The notes under the pieces: generated by a model | The model's database searches: none | What the model saw: only the letters and a program-made list of their open reading frames with translations | Told to the model about the DNA's origin: nothing | Shown here: positions 1 through 10,645 of the stretch, piece by piece | How positions within the stretch are numbered: position 1 is the first letter of the stretch | Layout of the letters: each line of letters opens with the position of its first letter | Position numbers and translations under genes: made by a program | Assembly: GCA_963753975.1 (NCBI GenBank) | Contig: CAVWEH010000002.1 | Coordinates: 448,001 to 512,000 of the forward strand | DNA: 64,000 nucleotides | Origin: an uncultured delta proteobacterium | GTDB lineage: Bacteria > Desulfobacterota > Syntrophia > Syntrophales > Smithellaceae | Direction of reading: 5' to 3'

Positions 1-294
1 TCTTTTGTCATTTTGGATGAGGCGCAAAATACCACTTCCGAACAGATGAAAATGTTTCTAACGCGCCTCGGATTTGGCTCGCAAGCGGTAATTACCGGAG
101 ATGTTACGCAGGTTGACCTGCCCCAGGAAAGAGTTTCCGGATTAATCGAAGCGGAATATATCTTAAAGAAAATCGGCCGCATCCGCTTTGTTCATTTCTC
201 AGAAATTGACGTTGTCCGCCACCCGCTGGTTCAGGATGTCATCAAAGCCTACACCCGTTTGGACAAAGAAAGAAAAACCAACTCAAAAAAATAA
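1..294 (+). CDS. phoH: PhoH-like ATPase, 3' part (truncated by window start)
   Basis: [28 protein letters not shown] and DVVRHPLV motifs; usual phoH-HD-ybeY order. Confidence 0.93.
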   Translation, partial: SFVILDEAQNTTSEQMKMFLTRLGFGSQAVITGDVTQVDLPQERVSGLIEAEYILKKIGRIRFVHFSEIDVVRHPLVQDVIKAYTRLDKERKTNSKK

Positions 295-298
295 ATTT

Positions 299-2653
299 AT
301 GAACTTTATCGACTCGGCTACAAGCAAAACGGCAACTATTTTCAAAAAACTACTGAAAAGGTATAACATCCCTTATGGTTTTTTGAAAAACAGCACTTTC
401 CAAAGGTGGGCTAACGGTATCATTCTTTGCCTAATTTTAGCATTGATCCTGGCGCCGGAAATTCATTTTTCGGCACCGAAATTCAGAGAGGGAATGATCG
501 TAACCAATGATATCAAAGCCGATCGTGACTTCCTCGTCGAAGATCAAAAATCGACCGAAGATAAAAAAAATGATGCTGCGGAAAACGTCATACCTGTCTA
601 TGACTACGATGGAAAAGTTGCCGGCAATATCCGGGCAAAGTTAACCAAAGCGCTGATATCCGCCGCGGAAGATTACAAAAGTGCCCTCAAGGAAAAACCG
701 CCGGAAGCAAGCCTCGCTGATATAAGTAAATCGCAAAGAGGCAAAAAGAGTTTGGAAGCGAATTTAGGCATTCCTTTAAGTGCGGAAGAATTTTATATTT
801 TCAAGGAACTCAAATTTTCTCCCGAACTACAGCAAAATCTTTCCCGCGTAATTTCTTTTTTCTATGAAAGAAAATACTTAACCAACAGTGTTTTCAGCAA
901 ACAAGAAAAGGAAAAAGGCATTATCGTCAGAAATATAAGTACTCAAACGGAACAAAAAATCAAAGATGTTTCCAAAATTTCAAACACCCAGGAAATAGAT
1001 GCAAAGCTTCTCCAAAGAGTGAATGCCTTTTTTAGCGATGATGACTATTCTACAAAAAGAGCAATATTTTCATTGGCCAAAAAATTGATCGAGCCGAATC
1101 TTACCTTTAACAAAGAAACTACGGAAAAGAAAAAACTTGCCGCCATGGAAGAAGTAAAGCCGGTGCTTTTCCAGGTGCAAAAAAATGAAATGATTGTACG
1201 GGAAGGAGAAAAAATCGGCTACCCCGAACTAATCAAATTAGAAGCCTTTTTTAAATCCACGGGAGACAATAAATTTTCCAGTTTTGCGGTGCTTACGGGA
1301 ATTTTCCTGACGGCTCTCTTTCTTTCTTTAGTTTTGTATTTTTGGCGCACCAGAAACTGGCTTAAACCTTCAAGACGCTCCAATGTCGATTTGTTTGTTT
1401 TTAGCCTTATTGTCCTGGCGCAAATATTGTTTATCAAGACAGGAATCTTCATTGCGCTTGCTATCAACAAATCCTTCCCGTCTATATCAACCGATGCGTG
1501 TTATTTTGCCATCCCTTTTGCCTGGGGAGCAATGATTATAGCCGTTTTGATCAACAGAAACGTGGCTATGATTCTCAGTGTCTTTATTTCTTTCTTGGTT
1601 GCTTTTCTTTTTGATGAAAAAATTACTTTCCCCCTTTTCTGTTTTTTAGGCTCGGTTGCCGCGTCTTATAATATTGTCGGCAGCCAGCAGCGCTCGGCCT
1701 TTTTAAGGATCGGTGTATTTTTGGGAATTATAAATATGGCCGCTATCGTTTGCCTGAATTCTCTGGCGGGAAATTTATTTAATGATTTATTGCTGCGCCT
1801 CACAATGGGATTCGCCGGAGGGATTCTCACCGCCGTGCTCGTTGCGGGAATCAGCCCTGTTTTTGAAAGTTTGTTCGGTTTCATAACCGATATCAGGCTT
1901 CTGGAACTGGCCAATCTCAATCACCCTCTTTTTCAAAGGATGATCATCGAAGCTCCGGGAACTTATCATCACAGCATTATCGTGGCCTCGCTGGTGGAAG
2001 CGGCCGGGGAAGCTATCGGCGCAAATTCTCTCCTGGCTAAAGTCAGCGCTTATTATCATGATATCGGCAAACTTGCCAAACCACAATACTTCATCGAAAA
2101 TCAGCCGAATAACGAAAACAGGCATGACAAGCTGTCGCCTAAAATGAGCAGTCTGATTATAATTTCCCACGTCAAGGACGGCTGTGAATTGGCCTCCGAG
2201 GTCAAGGTGGGACAGCAAATTATCAACATTATTCGAGAACATCACGGCACAAGTATAGTCAGTTTCTTTTACGATAAGGCTAAAAAAGATAAAGACGAAT
2301 CGATACGTTCTTTGTCGGAGAGCGATTTCCGTTATCCGGGCCCGAAGCCGCAAACAAAGGAATCGGGCCTTGTCATGCTGGGAGATGTTATTGAAGCTTC
2401 ATCACGCACTCTTCACGATCCGACGCCGGCAAGAATCCGTTCACTCGTGCGCGAAAGAATCGAGCGCCTCTATATGGACGGACAGCTTGATGAATGTGAG
2501 CTGACTTTAAAAAATCTCAATACGATAGCGGAAACATTCACTCAAATTCTAACCGGAATTTTCCACCATCGCGTCGATTACCCCGAGCACCCCAATAAAG
2601 AAGTAACCGGCAAAAAAGAAATCAATGGCCATACAGATTCAAAGCAATCATAA
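299..2653 (+). CDS. 7TM-HD (HDIG) membrane phosphohydrolase, PgpH-like
   Basis: N-terminal TM, large extracytoplasmic region, multi-TM block, then APGTYHHS / YYHDIGK / HHGT motifs; ATG at 299 just after the phoH stop. Confidence 0.88.
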   Translation: MNFIDSATSKTATIFKKLLKRYNIPYGFLKNSTFQRWANGIILCLILALILAPEIHFSAPKFREGMIVTNDIKADRDFLVEDQKSTEDKKNDAAENVIPVYDYDGKVAGNIRAKLTKALISAAEDYKSALKEKPPEASLADISKSQRGKKSLEANLGIPLSAEEFYIFKELKFSPELQQNLSRVISFFYERKYLTNSVFSKQEKEKGIIVRNISTQTEQKIKDVSKISNTQEIDAKLLQRVNAFFSDDDYSTKRAIFSLAKKLIEPNLTFNKETTEKKKLAAMEEVKPVLFQVQKNEMIVREGEKIGYPELIKLEAFFKSTGDNKFSSFAVLTGIFLTALFLSLVLYFWRTRNWLKPSRRSNVDLFVFSLIVLAQILFIKTGIFIALAINKSFPSISTDACYFAIPFAWGAMIIAVLINRNVAMILSVFISFLVAFLFDEKITFPLFCFLGSVAASYNIVGSQQRSAFLRIGVFLGIINMAAIVCLNSLAGNLFNDLLLRLTMGFAGGILTAVLVAGISPVFESLFGFITDIRLLELANLNHPLFQRMIIEAPGTYHHSIIVASLVEAAGEAIGANSLLAKVSAYYHDIGKLAKPQYFIENQPNNENRHDKLSPKMSSLIIISHVKDGCELASEVKVGQQIINIIREHHGTSIVSFFYDKAKKDKDESIRSLSESDFRYPGPKPQTKESGLVMLGDVIEASSRTLHDPTPARIRSLVRERIERLYMDGQLDECELTLKNLNTIAETFTQILTGIFHHRVDYPEHPNKEVTGKKEINGHTDSKQS

Positions 2654-3089
2654 TAAGATCAGGATAAACACGCGTAAGCTTCGCCCGGTGATCTCAAAAA
2701 TCATGAAGATTCTTGATTGCGCGGACAAGGAAATCAGCATTAATTTTGTCGACGACGCAAAAATAAAGCAACTAAACAAACAATATCTGGGTAGAGACAA
2801 GGCCACCAACGTTCTTTCTTTTTCTTTGCGGGAAGATGAATACGGCGACATCAATCCCCAAATTTTAGGCGACATTGTTATTTCCGTCGAGACTGCTCAA
2901 AAAGACGCCGCCTACGGTAATCTTACAGTCGATCAGGAAATAGATTTTCTCATTATCCACGGCCTGTTACATTTATTGGGCTATGATCATGAAAATACGA
3001 CTAAAAAAGAAACAAACAAAATGCGCAAAAAAGAAAAAGAATTGTTTAATATCGTTTGCGGTGGCAGCGAGATAAAGCTAATTCGATAA
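2625..3089 (+). CDS. ybeY: rRNA maturation endoribonuclease YbeY
   Basis: LN..Y.G.DKATNVLSF, LGDIVIS and HGLLHLLGYDH zinc motif. Confidence 0.95.
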   Translation: MAIQIQSNHNKIRINTRKLRPVISKIMKILDCADKEISINFVDDAKIKQLNKQYLGRDKATNVLSFSLREDEYGDINPQILGDIVISVETAQKDAAYGNLTVDQEIDFLIIHGLLHLLGYDHENTTKKETNKMRKKEKELFNIVCGGSEIKLIR

Positions 3090-3239
3090 AGCTTCCCGCC
3101 TGCCAGCGTCCTTCTTCCCTTGACAGGTATTTTTATTTTTCTTATACATATCGTGATCCAAAGCGAGTTATGGTTACTAAAAATATACATTAAGTTATGA
3201 AGCTTAAAAAATTTGACAACCTACCGGAGGTAACAAACG

Positions 3240-3992
3240 ATGGAATTATCTTTAAAGAATAAAGTTGTTCTGCTCACCGGCGCAAGCCGTGGAATCGGCC
3301 AGGCGGCGGCACTAGGTTTAGCCAAGGCCGGTGCCGATCTGGCCATAGCCAGCCGCAAACTTCCCGACCTGGAAAAAGTAGCGGCAGAAATAAAAAAATT
3401 AGGGAGGAAATGCGTGCCGATAGCCACCCATGTCGGCAGGTTAGAAGAAATAAACTCTCTGGTGAAGAGAGCTCTGGACGAGTTCGGAAGAATCGACGTC
3501 CTGGTAAATAATGCCGCCACAAATCCCTCCATGGCTTCGGCAATCGACGTAGACGAGCGCGCCTGGGATTCGATTATGAACCTGAACCTCAAGGGCTTGT
3601 TTTTCTTGAGTCAGGCAGTGGCCAGAATAATGAAGGAAAAAGGCGGAGGTAAAATTATCAACATTGCTTCTATCGCCGGGATTTCTCCCGATATATTGGC
3701 CGTTTACTCTATAAGCAAGGCAGGGGTAATCATGGCCACAAAGGTAATGGCCCAACAATGGGGTCAATATAATATCCGGGTTAACACCGTCGCCCCGGGC
3801 TTGACGAAAACCAAATTCAGCGAGGCGCTTTGGGGAAATCCCGACATTCTTAACATAGCGATGAGCAGGACTCCTTTGGCACGACCGGCAGAACCAGAGG
3901 AGATGGTCGGGGCCATTCTTTTTCTGGCTTCCGACGCTTCCAGTTATGTGACCGGACAGGTTCTTGCCGTAGACGGCGGGACAACCATATAA
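3240..3992 (+). CDS. Short-chain dehydrogenase/reductase (SDR)
   Basis: TGASRGIG, NNAA, YSISK catalytic motif, IRVN..APG; GGAGG RBS. Confidence 0.92.
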   Translation: MELSLKNKVVLLTGASRGIGQAAALGLAKAGADLAIASRKLPDLEKVAAEIKKLGRKCVPIATHVGRLEEINSLVKRALDEFGRIDVLVNNAATNPSMASAIDVDERAWDSIMNLNLKGLFFLSQAVARIMKEKGGGKIINIASIAGISPDILAVYSISKAGVIMATKVMAQQWGQYNIRVNTVAPGLTKTKFSEALWGNPDILNIAMSRTPLARPAEPEEMVGAILFLASDASSYVTGQVLAVDGGTTI

Positions 3993-4118
3993 AACCGACG
4001 TGGAGGATTGGCCGGCCCCGCACCGACCCTCTCTCGGTTTTATCCGGATGACGGAAAAAAATAATCTGAACGCCGTTGCCGGCACATTTCCACTTACAAT
4101 TTTTTTTTGAAAAAAGGC

Positions 4119-4147
4119 TTGAAGTAAAATTGCCGATAAAGTATAAT
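4119..4147 (+). promoter_or_regulatory. Putative sigma70 promoter for the lytic transglycosylase gene
   Basis: TTGAAG (4119-4124), 17 bp, TATAAT (4142-4147). Confidence 0.5.
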
Positions 4148-4153
4148 GTAATC

Positions 4154-4768
4154 ATGCAAAATGACTCGATCATATATGGCGGAAGTTTACCTCTGCGAAT
4201 CGTTATTACGGCTCTAGCTATCTTAACGCTTACAACGACAGAAGTTATTTATGCCGATATTTACAAGTACGTCGATAGTGAAGGCGTTTTACATTTAACT
4301 AACGTGCCTTCAATTCCTAATGCTAAGTATGTGCTGATTCTCCGAGAAAAACGGGTTCTTTTTCAGTCGGACATTGACGTCAACAAATTCGATTATATAA
4401 TTTCAAACGCTGCCAGAAAATTTAGAATTGACCCGGCCTTAATTAAAGCAATAATCAAGGCGGAATCCAACTTTAATCATGAAGCCATTTCACCTACGGG
4501 AGCGCAGGGTTTAATGCAATTAATGCCTGCAACGGCATACGCTCTTCAGATTGAAGATGTTTTTCACCCTGAAAATAATATTGAAGGCGGTGCTCGTTAT
4601 CTGCGGTATCTTCTTAATACTTATAGGGGTGATTTGAAGCTTACTCTTGCCGCTTACAATGCCGGCGAAAGAGCTATTGCTAAATATAACAATCACGTCC
4701 CCCCTTACAGGGAAACACAAAATTACATCAAGCGCGTTTTGAGTTACTATGAGTCATTCAAACAATAA
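4154..4768 (+). CDS. Lytic transglycosylase (SLT domain) with DUF4124-like N-terminus
   Basis: ADIYKYVDSEGVLHLTN; AIIKAESNF, GAQGLMQLMP, LAAYNAG, PPY.ETQNY. Confidence 0.9.
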   Translation: MQNDSIIYGGSLPLRIVITALAILTLTTTEVIYADIYKYVDSEGVLHLTNVPSIPNAKYVLILREKRVLFQSDIDVNKFDYIISNAARKFRIDPALIKAIIKAESNFNHEAISPTGAQGLMQLMPATAYALQIEDVFHPENNIEGGARYLRYLLNTYRGDLKLTLAAYNAGERAIAKYNNHVPPYRETQNYIKRVLSYYESFKQ

Positions 4769-4770
4769 GT

Positions 4771-5334
4771 TTATCCCCTCTTTTCTTCGACATATAAATA
4801 TTTTCTCAACTTAGACAACTTTTTTTCTTTAATTCCTTTAATCTCCATTAATTGCTCAATATTTAGAAACCGGCCTAACGTGCGCCGAAGGTCCAATATT
4901 TGTTTTGCCGTTACTTCGCCAATCCCGTTTATCAGTAGCAAATCTTCTTCCCCAACTTTATTAATATCAAGGCGCATTCCTAAGGCAAGCCTTTTGTCGG
5001 TTTCCATTTCCGTCACTGTAATATTATTCTTTTCGGCGGCGGAGCCGATCGTTATTTTCATCCCGTCAACAAGCTGAAAATCTGGAGACGAAAATTCTGC
5101 GATACCAGCGGTTTTCAGAAACTCACTGGCGGAGGTTTCAGGACTAACGAAATAAATTCCTTTGGTCTCGTCATTTTGCACAACTTCTACTGCCAGCGAA
5201 TTACCCAATTGATCCGTAAAAAGAGGAGTTTTATGGCTGATGAATGAATTGTAAAGAAAACTAAGAAAGGGAATAATCGCCAAAGTTAAGCAAAAAGCGA
5301 CTAGCCCCTTTATTTGATTTTCGGAAATAATCAT
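4771..5334 (-). CDS. comEA: ComEA-like helix-hairpin-helix DNA-binding membrane protein
   Basis: N-terminal TM; LDIN....EDL..INGIGEVTAKQI and L.EIKGIKEKK HhH motifs. Confidence 0.75.
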   Translation of the reverse strand: MIISENQIKGLVAFCLTLAIIPFLSFLYNSFISHKTPLFTDQLGNSLAVEVVQNDETKGIYFVSPETSASEFLKTAGIAEFSSPDFQLVDGMKITIGSAAEKNNITVTEMETDKRLALGMRLDINKVGEEDLLLINGIGEVTAKQILDLRRTLGRFLNIEQLMEIKGIKEKKLSKLRKYLYVEEKRG

Positions 5335-5338
5335 TGAA

Positions 5339-6560
5339 TTATTTTTTCTTTTCCAGTCCGAAAGCATCATGAAGGACCATTACGGCAAGCTCCGTATACT
5401 TTCTTTGGATAACACAGGAAATTTTAATTTCCGACGTGCTGATCATCATAATATTGACGCTTTCATTCGCTAGTGTGGTAAACATTTTCGCCGCTACACC
5501 GGAATGACTGGCCATCCCTACACCGATTATGGATACTTTGGCTACCTGATCATCAACTTCGACTTTTTTCGCCCCTACCGATTTAGCTGCATTTTCGACT
5601 ATCTTTTGCGCATCCTTCAAATCTTTCTTGGATACCGTAAAGGTAAGATCGGTAAATCCTTCCAGGCTGGCGTTTTGAATAATCATATCGACGATGATAT
5701 TTTTATCCGACAAAGGCGTAAATAAAGCGGCTGCTACGCCCGGTTGATCCGGAACATGAACCACCGTAATTTTAGCTTGATCACGATCATAAGTTATACC
5801 TGAAACTATTTCTCTTTCCATATCCTTATCCTCCTTAGTCACAAGCGTTCCTCCTTCATCCGAAAACGTTGATTTTACGTAAACAGGAACATCATATTTC
5901 TTGGCCATCTCTACGGAACGGGGCTGTAAAACCTTCGCGCCCGTTATGGCTATTTCCAACATTTCATCGTATGATATTTTAGTCGAGTCTCCGCGCCTTA
6001 TTGCAGATATTGGGATCTGTTGTATAGACGCCGTCCACATCGGTATAAATGTCGCATTGATCTGCGTTCAAAGCGGCAGCAAGAGCTACCGCACTTGTGT
6101 CGGAACCGCCGCGCCCGAGAGTTGTAATATTATTGTCTTTGTCCACACCCTGAAAACCGGCAACAACAACAATATTTCCCCGCTTTAGTTCCTTCTTAAT
6201 TTCTTCCGTATCAATAGACACAATGCGGGCTTTTTTATAGGCCTTGTCGGTTATTATTTTAACCTGAAATCCCAAGAATGATCTTGCGCTGTAACCCAGG
6301 GAATTTAAAACAATGGCCAGCAGGGTTACTGTAACTTGCTCACCCGTTGATATTAAGGAGTCATACTCCCTTTCATCAGGCGATTCAGCAGCCTTATGAG
6401 CCAGGGCGATGAGCCTGTCGGTTTCCCCGGCCATCGCCGATAAAACCACGACTATTTCATTACCCGCTTTTTTTCCCTGAATCACTTTTTGCGCTACATT
6501 TTTTATTTTATCGATATCTGCGACCGATGTCCCGCCGAATTTCTGAACAATTAAAGCCAT
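5339..6560 (-). CDS. lysC: Aspartate kinase; two ORFs joined by one extra base near 5981
   Basis: [31 protein letters not shown] in 5979..6560; ISYDEMLE and ACT domains in 5339..6040; removing one base restores [14 protein letters not shown]. Confidence 0.92.
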
Positions 6561-7051
6561 TTTCGACTCGCCTCCATTTCCATATCTATTGCCAATTCTT
6601 TCAATCTGCTTTTCAAACCCTGGATCTTAATATTACGGATATTTTCATCAACATATTCAAAGCTCACAAAAAAAGTATCAACCGGAAGAACTGGAGCTAT
6701 TTTTTCCGCCCACTCGATGACAACAACACCGTTTCTGGAAAAATACTCTTCATAACCTAAATCTTCGAACTCGGAATATCCATGTAGCCGATAAACATCG
6801 AAGTGGTAAAGATCGCATCTGGCCGGATATTCATTAATCAAAGTAAATGTCGGGCTGGTAATTTGATAGCTTTCGCTTACTCCCAGACCACGGGCAATTC
6901 CTGCGGTAAAACAGGTTTTCCCCGAACCAAGTTCACCGGATAGAGCCAGAATATCGCCTTCCCTTAATTTGTCGCCAAGAAGACGCGCTATTTCCATAGT
7001 TTGTTTTGCGCCGTGAGATATTATTTCAATTGTTGCTTTTTCCCTGTTCAT
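6551..7051 (-). CDS. tsaE: tRNA threonylcarbamoyladenosine biosynthesis ATPase TsaE
   Basis: GELGSGKT Walker [22 protein letters not shown]. Confidence 0.95.
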   Translation of the reverse strand: MNREKATIEIISHGAKQTMEIARLLGDKLREGDILALSGELGSGKTCFTAGIARGLGVSESYQITSPTFTLINEYPARCDLYHFDVYRLHGYSEFEDLGYEEYFSRNGVVVIEWAEKIAPVLPVDTFFVSFEYVDENIRNIKIQGLKSRLKELAIDMEMEASRKWL

Positions 7052-7074
7052 TTAAAATGACAGTAATCCGGCAT

Positions 7075-7458
7075 TTATTTTTTTTCCAGTACAACGAAAG
7101 CAGTAGCGTATTTTTTTGTATGTGTCAAACTCAAGTGAATCTTTGTTATTTTCTTTTTTTCCATTTGATCTTTCGCTCCGCCCCATAAAACAAGATCAGG
7201 TTTTCCCTTTTCGTCATGTACCACCTCTATTTCTCTTAACTTTGCGCCCATACCCAAACCAAGCCCTAAAGCTTTTAAAAAAGATTCTTTGGCTGCAAAT
7301 CTTGCCGCATAATGCACTGACGATTGACTATGCCTGGCACAATATTCAACTTCTCTATCGGAAAAGACTCTTTGCAAAAATTTTTGACCCCATTTTCCAA
7401 TGATCTTTTCCATACGGCAGTTTTCCACTAAATCTATGCCAATTCCATAAACCATCAT
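7075..7458 (-). CDS. acpS: Holo-ACP synthase
   Basis: GIGIDLVE, AARFAAKESFLKALG, HLSLTH. Confidence 0.95.
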   Translation of the reverse strand: MMVYGIGIDLVENCRMEKIIGKWGQKFLQRVFSDREVEYCARHSQSSVHYAARFAAKESFLKALGLGLGMGAKLREIEVVHDEKGKPDLVLWGGAKDQMEKKKITKIHLSLTHTKKYATAFVVLEKK

Positions 7459-7465
7459 ATTCCCT

Positions 7466-8659
7466 TTATGCGTGAACAATCGCATCAGTGATTACGGCAA
7501 CTCTTTTCATTGCGGCAACATCATGCACCCGGACAATATGGCACCCATTCATTATTGCCGCGGCAACGGTCGCCGCTGTTCCTTCCGATCTTTGCCGCGG
7601 TTCGCCACCGGTTAGTTTCGCGATAAAAGATTTCCTTGAGGTTCCAATCATCACCGGCATGCCTAAAATCTTTAATGCGGAAAGGTTCTTGATAATTTTA
7701 TAATTGTCCTCCGCTGTTTTTCCAAAGCCAATTCCCGGATCGATGACCAGATGATCCTTTTCTATACCCGCCTTTACGGCTTTTTCACTGCTTTTTTTAA
7801 GATAAGCTATAATTTCCCCCATTAAATCGGCGTATGCTAAATTGCCTTTTTGCATATTTTGCGGCGTTCCCCGCATATGCATAAGAACGAGAGCGGCTCC
7901 GGTCTCTTTGATGACTACAGCCATTTTTTTATCGCCGTTGAGCGCGCTTATATCGTTAACTATTTCTGCTCCTGCGGCAGCCGCCACTCTCGCGACCTCA
8001 GCTTTTTTTGTATCAACGGAGATGGGAACTTTTAGCTGTTTTGCCAGGCTCTCAATTACCGGGAGGACTCTTTTCAATTCAGCTGCGGCTGAAACAGATT
8101 TAGCCCCCGGACGCGTCGATTCTCCCCCGATATCGATAATATCCGCGCCTTCGGCCGCCATTTGTAATCCATGTTCAATTGCTTTTTGCTGAGAGTAAAA
8201 AAGCCCGCCATCGGAAAACGAATCTGGCGTAACATTCAAGATGCCCATAATCAGGGTTTTATGGCCTAAAGTAAGTTTGCCGCGGGATGTTTTCCAGATG
8301 TATTCGTTTCTGCCGATATTGACCAATATTTCGGATATGTCGCGAGCAATTAAACTTAACCCGAAAGGCTGTTTCTCGATTTTATTTGCCAGTGCCAAGA
8401 TCTGTTTTAGTGTGCCCATAATCAAAATATCGCTTGCGGGAATACTGCACGACACGCTTCCCCGGGCAACGGCGGCATCTCCGCCAATCGACAACATCTC
8501 TTGCTTGATGATATTAGCTATTTTACAGGGTTGGTTTTCAATTAAGATATTGACGTTTATTGTCTTTGCCGCCATGGCGTCAACGCCATGGGGATCGACG
8601 CCGATTTTTCTGAATATTGCGAGAGCTTCTTCCAGGTTCTTTATTTTAATTAATTTCAC
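7466..8659 (-). CDS. folP: Dihydropteroate synthase with ~120-aa N-terminal extension
   Basis: IMGILNVTPDSFSDGG, DIGGESTRPG, DPGIGFGK, SRKSF, RVHDV. Confidence 0.95.
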   Translation of the reverse strand: MKLIKIKNLEEALAIFRKIGVDPHGVDAMAAKTINVNILIENQPCKIANIIKQEMLSIGGDAAVARGSVSCSIPASDILIMGTLKQILALANKIEKQPFGLSLIARDISEILVNIGRNEYIWKTSRGKLTLGHKTLIMGILNVTPDSFSDGGLFYSQQKAIEHGLQMAAEGADIIDIGGESTRPGAKSVSAAAELKRVLPVIESLAKQLKVPISVDTKKAEVARVAAAAGAEIVNDISALNGDKKMAVVIKETGAALVLMHMRGTPQNMQKGNLAYADLMGEIIAYLKKSSEKAVKAGIEKDHLVIDPGIGFGKTAEDNYKIIKNLSALKILGMPVMIGTSRKSFIAKLTGGEPRQRSEGTAATVAAAIMNGCHIVRVHDVAAMKRVAVITDAIVHA

Positions 8660-8734
8660 AGGATCGTACCGCTCGCAAATTAAAAGTAAATATTTCTTTC
8701 GGACAAGTCACAAAGGATATGATCGAGACAATAT

Positions 8735-10549
8735 TTACGAAGCGGCCGGTTGTCCGTCAGGCAGCGCGCTGCCAATCAAAGCATCTATTTCCGCTGTATT
8801 TAACACTTCTTTTTCCAGTAGTTCCGTAGCTATCTTGTGCAGTATTTCAATATGGTCGGTGAGAAGTTTTTTTGCTTTTTCATAGTTTCGCGTGACAATA
8901 GCTACGACTTCTTCATCGATATTTTTTGCCGTTTCTTCGCTGTAATCCTTATGCGTGGCAAATTCGCGTCCTAGAAAGATTTGCTCTTCTTTTTTGCCGT
9001 AGCTCAACGGCCCCAGTTTATCGCTCATGCCCCATTCGCAGACCATTTTCCTGGCCAGATTCGTCGCCCGCTCGATATCGTTGCCCGCACCGGTAGTAAA
9101 ATCATGCAAAATTATTTCTTCAGCAGCTCGTCCGCCTAATAAAATCGCAATGTTATTATCCAAATACTCGCGGGGATAGGTATGTTTTTCATCAATCGGT
9201 AACTGCTGGGTCAAACCCAATGCCCGGCCCCGGGGAATGATTGTAACTTTATGGATCGGATCCGTTCCCGGTATCAAACGCGCAACCAGGGTATGGCCTG
9301 ATTCATGATAAGAGGTGTTGCGCTTTTCCTCATCGCTAATCACCATGCTTTTTCTTTCCGTTCCCATTAAAATTTTATCCTTGGCAAATTCGAAATCGCT
9401 CATATTGACTTTTTCTTTATTATCCCGGGCGGCATTGAGCACTGCTTCGTTAATGAGATTTTCTATATCGGCTCCGGACGTTCCCGGTGTTCCGCGGGCC
9501 AAAACCGCAAAATCAACATCTTCCGCAATCGGCGCTTTGCGGGCATGAACTTCAAAGATTTTTTCCCTGCCCTTTATATCCGGAAGCGGCACGACAACCT
9601 GCCGGTCAAATCGGCCCGGACGCAGTAATGCCGGATCGAGAACATCGGGTCGGTTGGTAGCGGAAATAAGGATCACGCCTTCATTAGATTCAAAGCCGTC
9701 CATTTCTACGAGGAGTTGATTTAGGGTCTGCTCCCTTTCATCATGCCCTCCTCCGAGACCCGCGCCGCGATGACGGCCGACGGCATCGATTTCATCGATA
9801 AATATTATGCAGGGAGCATTCTTTTTTGCCTGACTGAACAAATCGCGGACACGGGAGGCGCCCACACCGACGAACATTTCGACAAAATCGGAGCCGCTGA
9901 TGCTTAAAAACGGCACTTCCGCTTCACCGGCAATTGCCCGGGCTAAAAGCGTTTTGCCCGTCCCTGGCGGGCCAATTAACAGCAATCCTTTGGGAATTCT
10001 CCCTCCTAACCTCGTATATTTCTTGGGATCTTTTAAGAAATCGATGACTTCCTCTAACTCCGCCTTGGCCTCATCGATGCCGGCGACGTCGGCAAAGGTA
10101 ACTTTTTTCGACTTATCGGTAATTAAACGCGCCCTGCTTTTGCCGAAGGACATTGCTTTCCCGCCGCCAGCCTGCATCTGACGCATGAAAAAAATCCAGA
10201 CGCCGATCAGGAGAATCATCGGAAACCAGGAAACCAAAACAGTTACATACCAGGGTGACTCATCCAGCGGTTTGGCGGTAATTTTCACACCTTTTTCTCT
10301 AAATTCTGTCACCAGCTTATCGTCTTTGGGAGCATACGTTTTAAAAATATTCCCGTTAGCGAGCTTGCCGGTAATATTTTCTCCCTGGATGGTTACTTCA
10401 CTGATTTCCCCTTTATCCAGATAGGAGAGCATCTCGCTATAAATTAAGTCTTTCTGCCCCGGTTTTGGTTGATTAAAAAGCTGCCAAACAAGCAAAAAGA
10501 CGAGCAGTAAGGTAAGCACAAGAGCAACATTTTTTTGCGACTGATTCAA
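8735..10549 (-). CDS. ftsH: ATP-dependent zinc metalloprotease FtsH
   Basis: Two TMs, [37 protein letters not shown]. Confidence 0.98.
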   Translation of the reverse strand: MNQSQKNVALVLTLLLVFLLVWQLFNQPKPGQKDLIYSEMLSYLDKGEISEVTIQGENITGKLANGNIFKTYAPKDDKLVTEFREKGVKITAKPLDESPWYVTVLVSWFPMILLIGVWIFFMRQMQAGGGKAMSFGKSRARLITDKSKKVTFADVAGIDEAKAELEEVIDFLKDPKKYTRLGGRIPKGLLLIGPPGTGKTLLARAIAGEAEVPFLSISGSDFVEMFVGVGASRVRDLFSQAKKNAPCIIFIDEIDAVGRHRGAGLGGGHDEREQTLNQLLVEMDGFESNEGVILISATNRPDVLDPALLRPGRFDRQVVVPLPDIKGREKIFEVHARKAPIAEDVDFAVLARGTPGTSGADIENLINEAVLNAARDNKEKVNMSDFEFAKDKILMGTERKSMVISDEEKRNTSYHESGHTLVARLIPGTDPIHKVTIIPRGRALGLTQQLPIDEKHTYPREYLDNNIAILLGGRAAEEIILHDFTTGAGNDIERATNLARKMVCEWGMSDKLGPLSYGKKEEQIFLGREFATHKDYSEETAKNIDEEVVAIVTRNYEKAKKLLTDHIEILHKIATELLEKEVLNTAEIDALIGSALPDGQPAAS

Positions 10550-10645
10550 GATTTTTCCCCTTAAATTAGTTATCCGGATTTATCCTTATAATAATATCCA
10601 ATTTAACTCAAATAATTTCTGATGATTCCATAAAACCACGCCTGG

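Noticed and set aside
5975..5990. Programmed frameshift or alpha/beta subunit split in lysC
   Set aside because: A single extra base with no slippery sequence breaks the kinase domain itself, away from the usual beta-subunit start; best explained as sequence error
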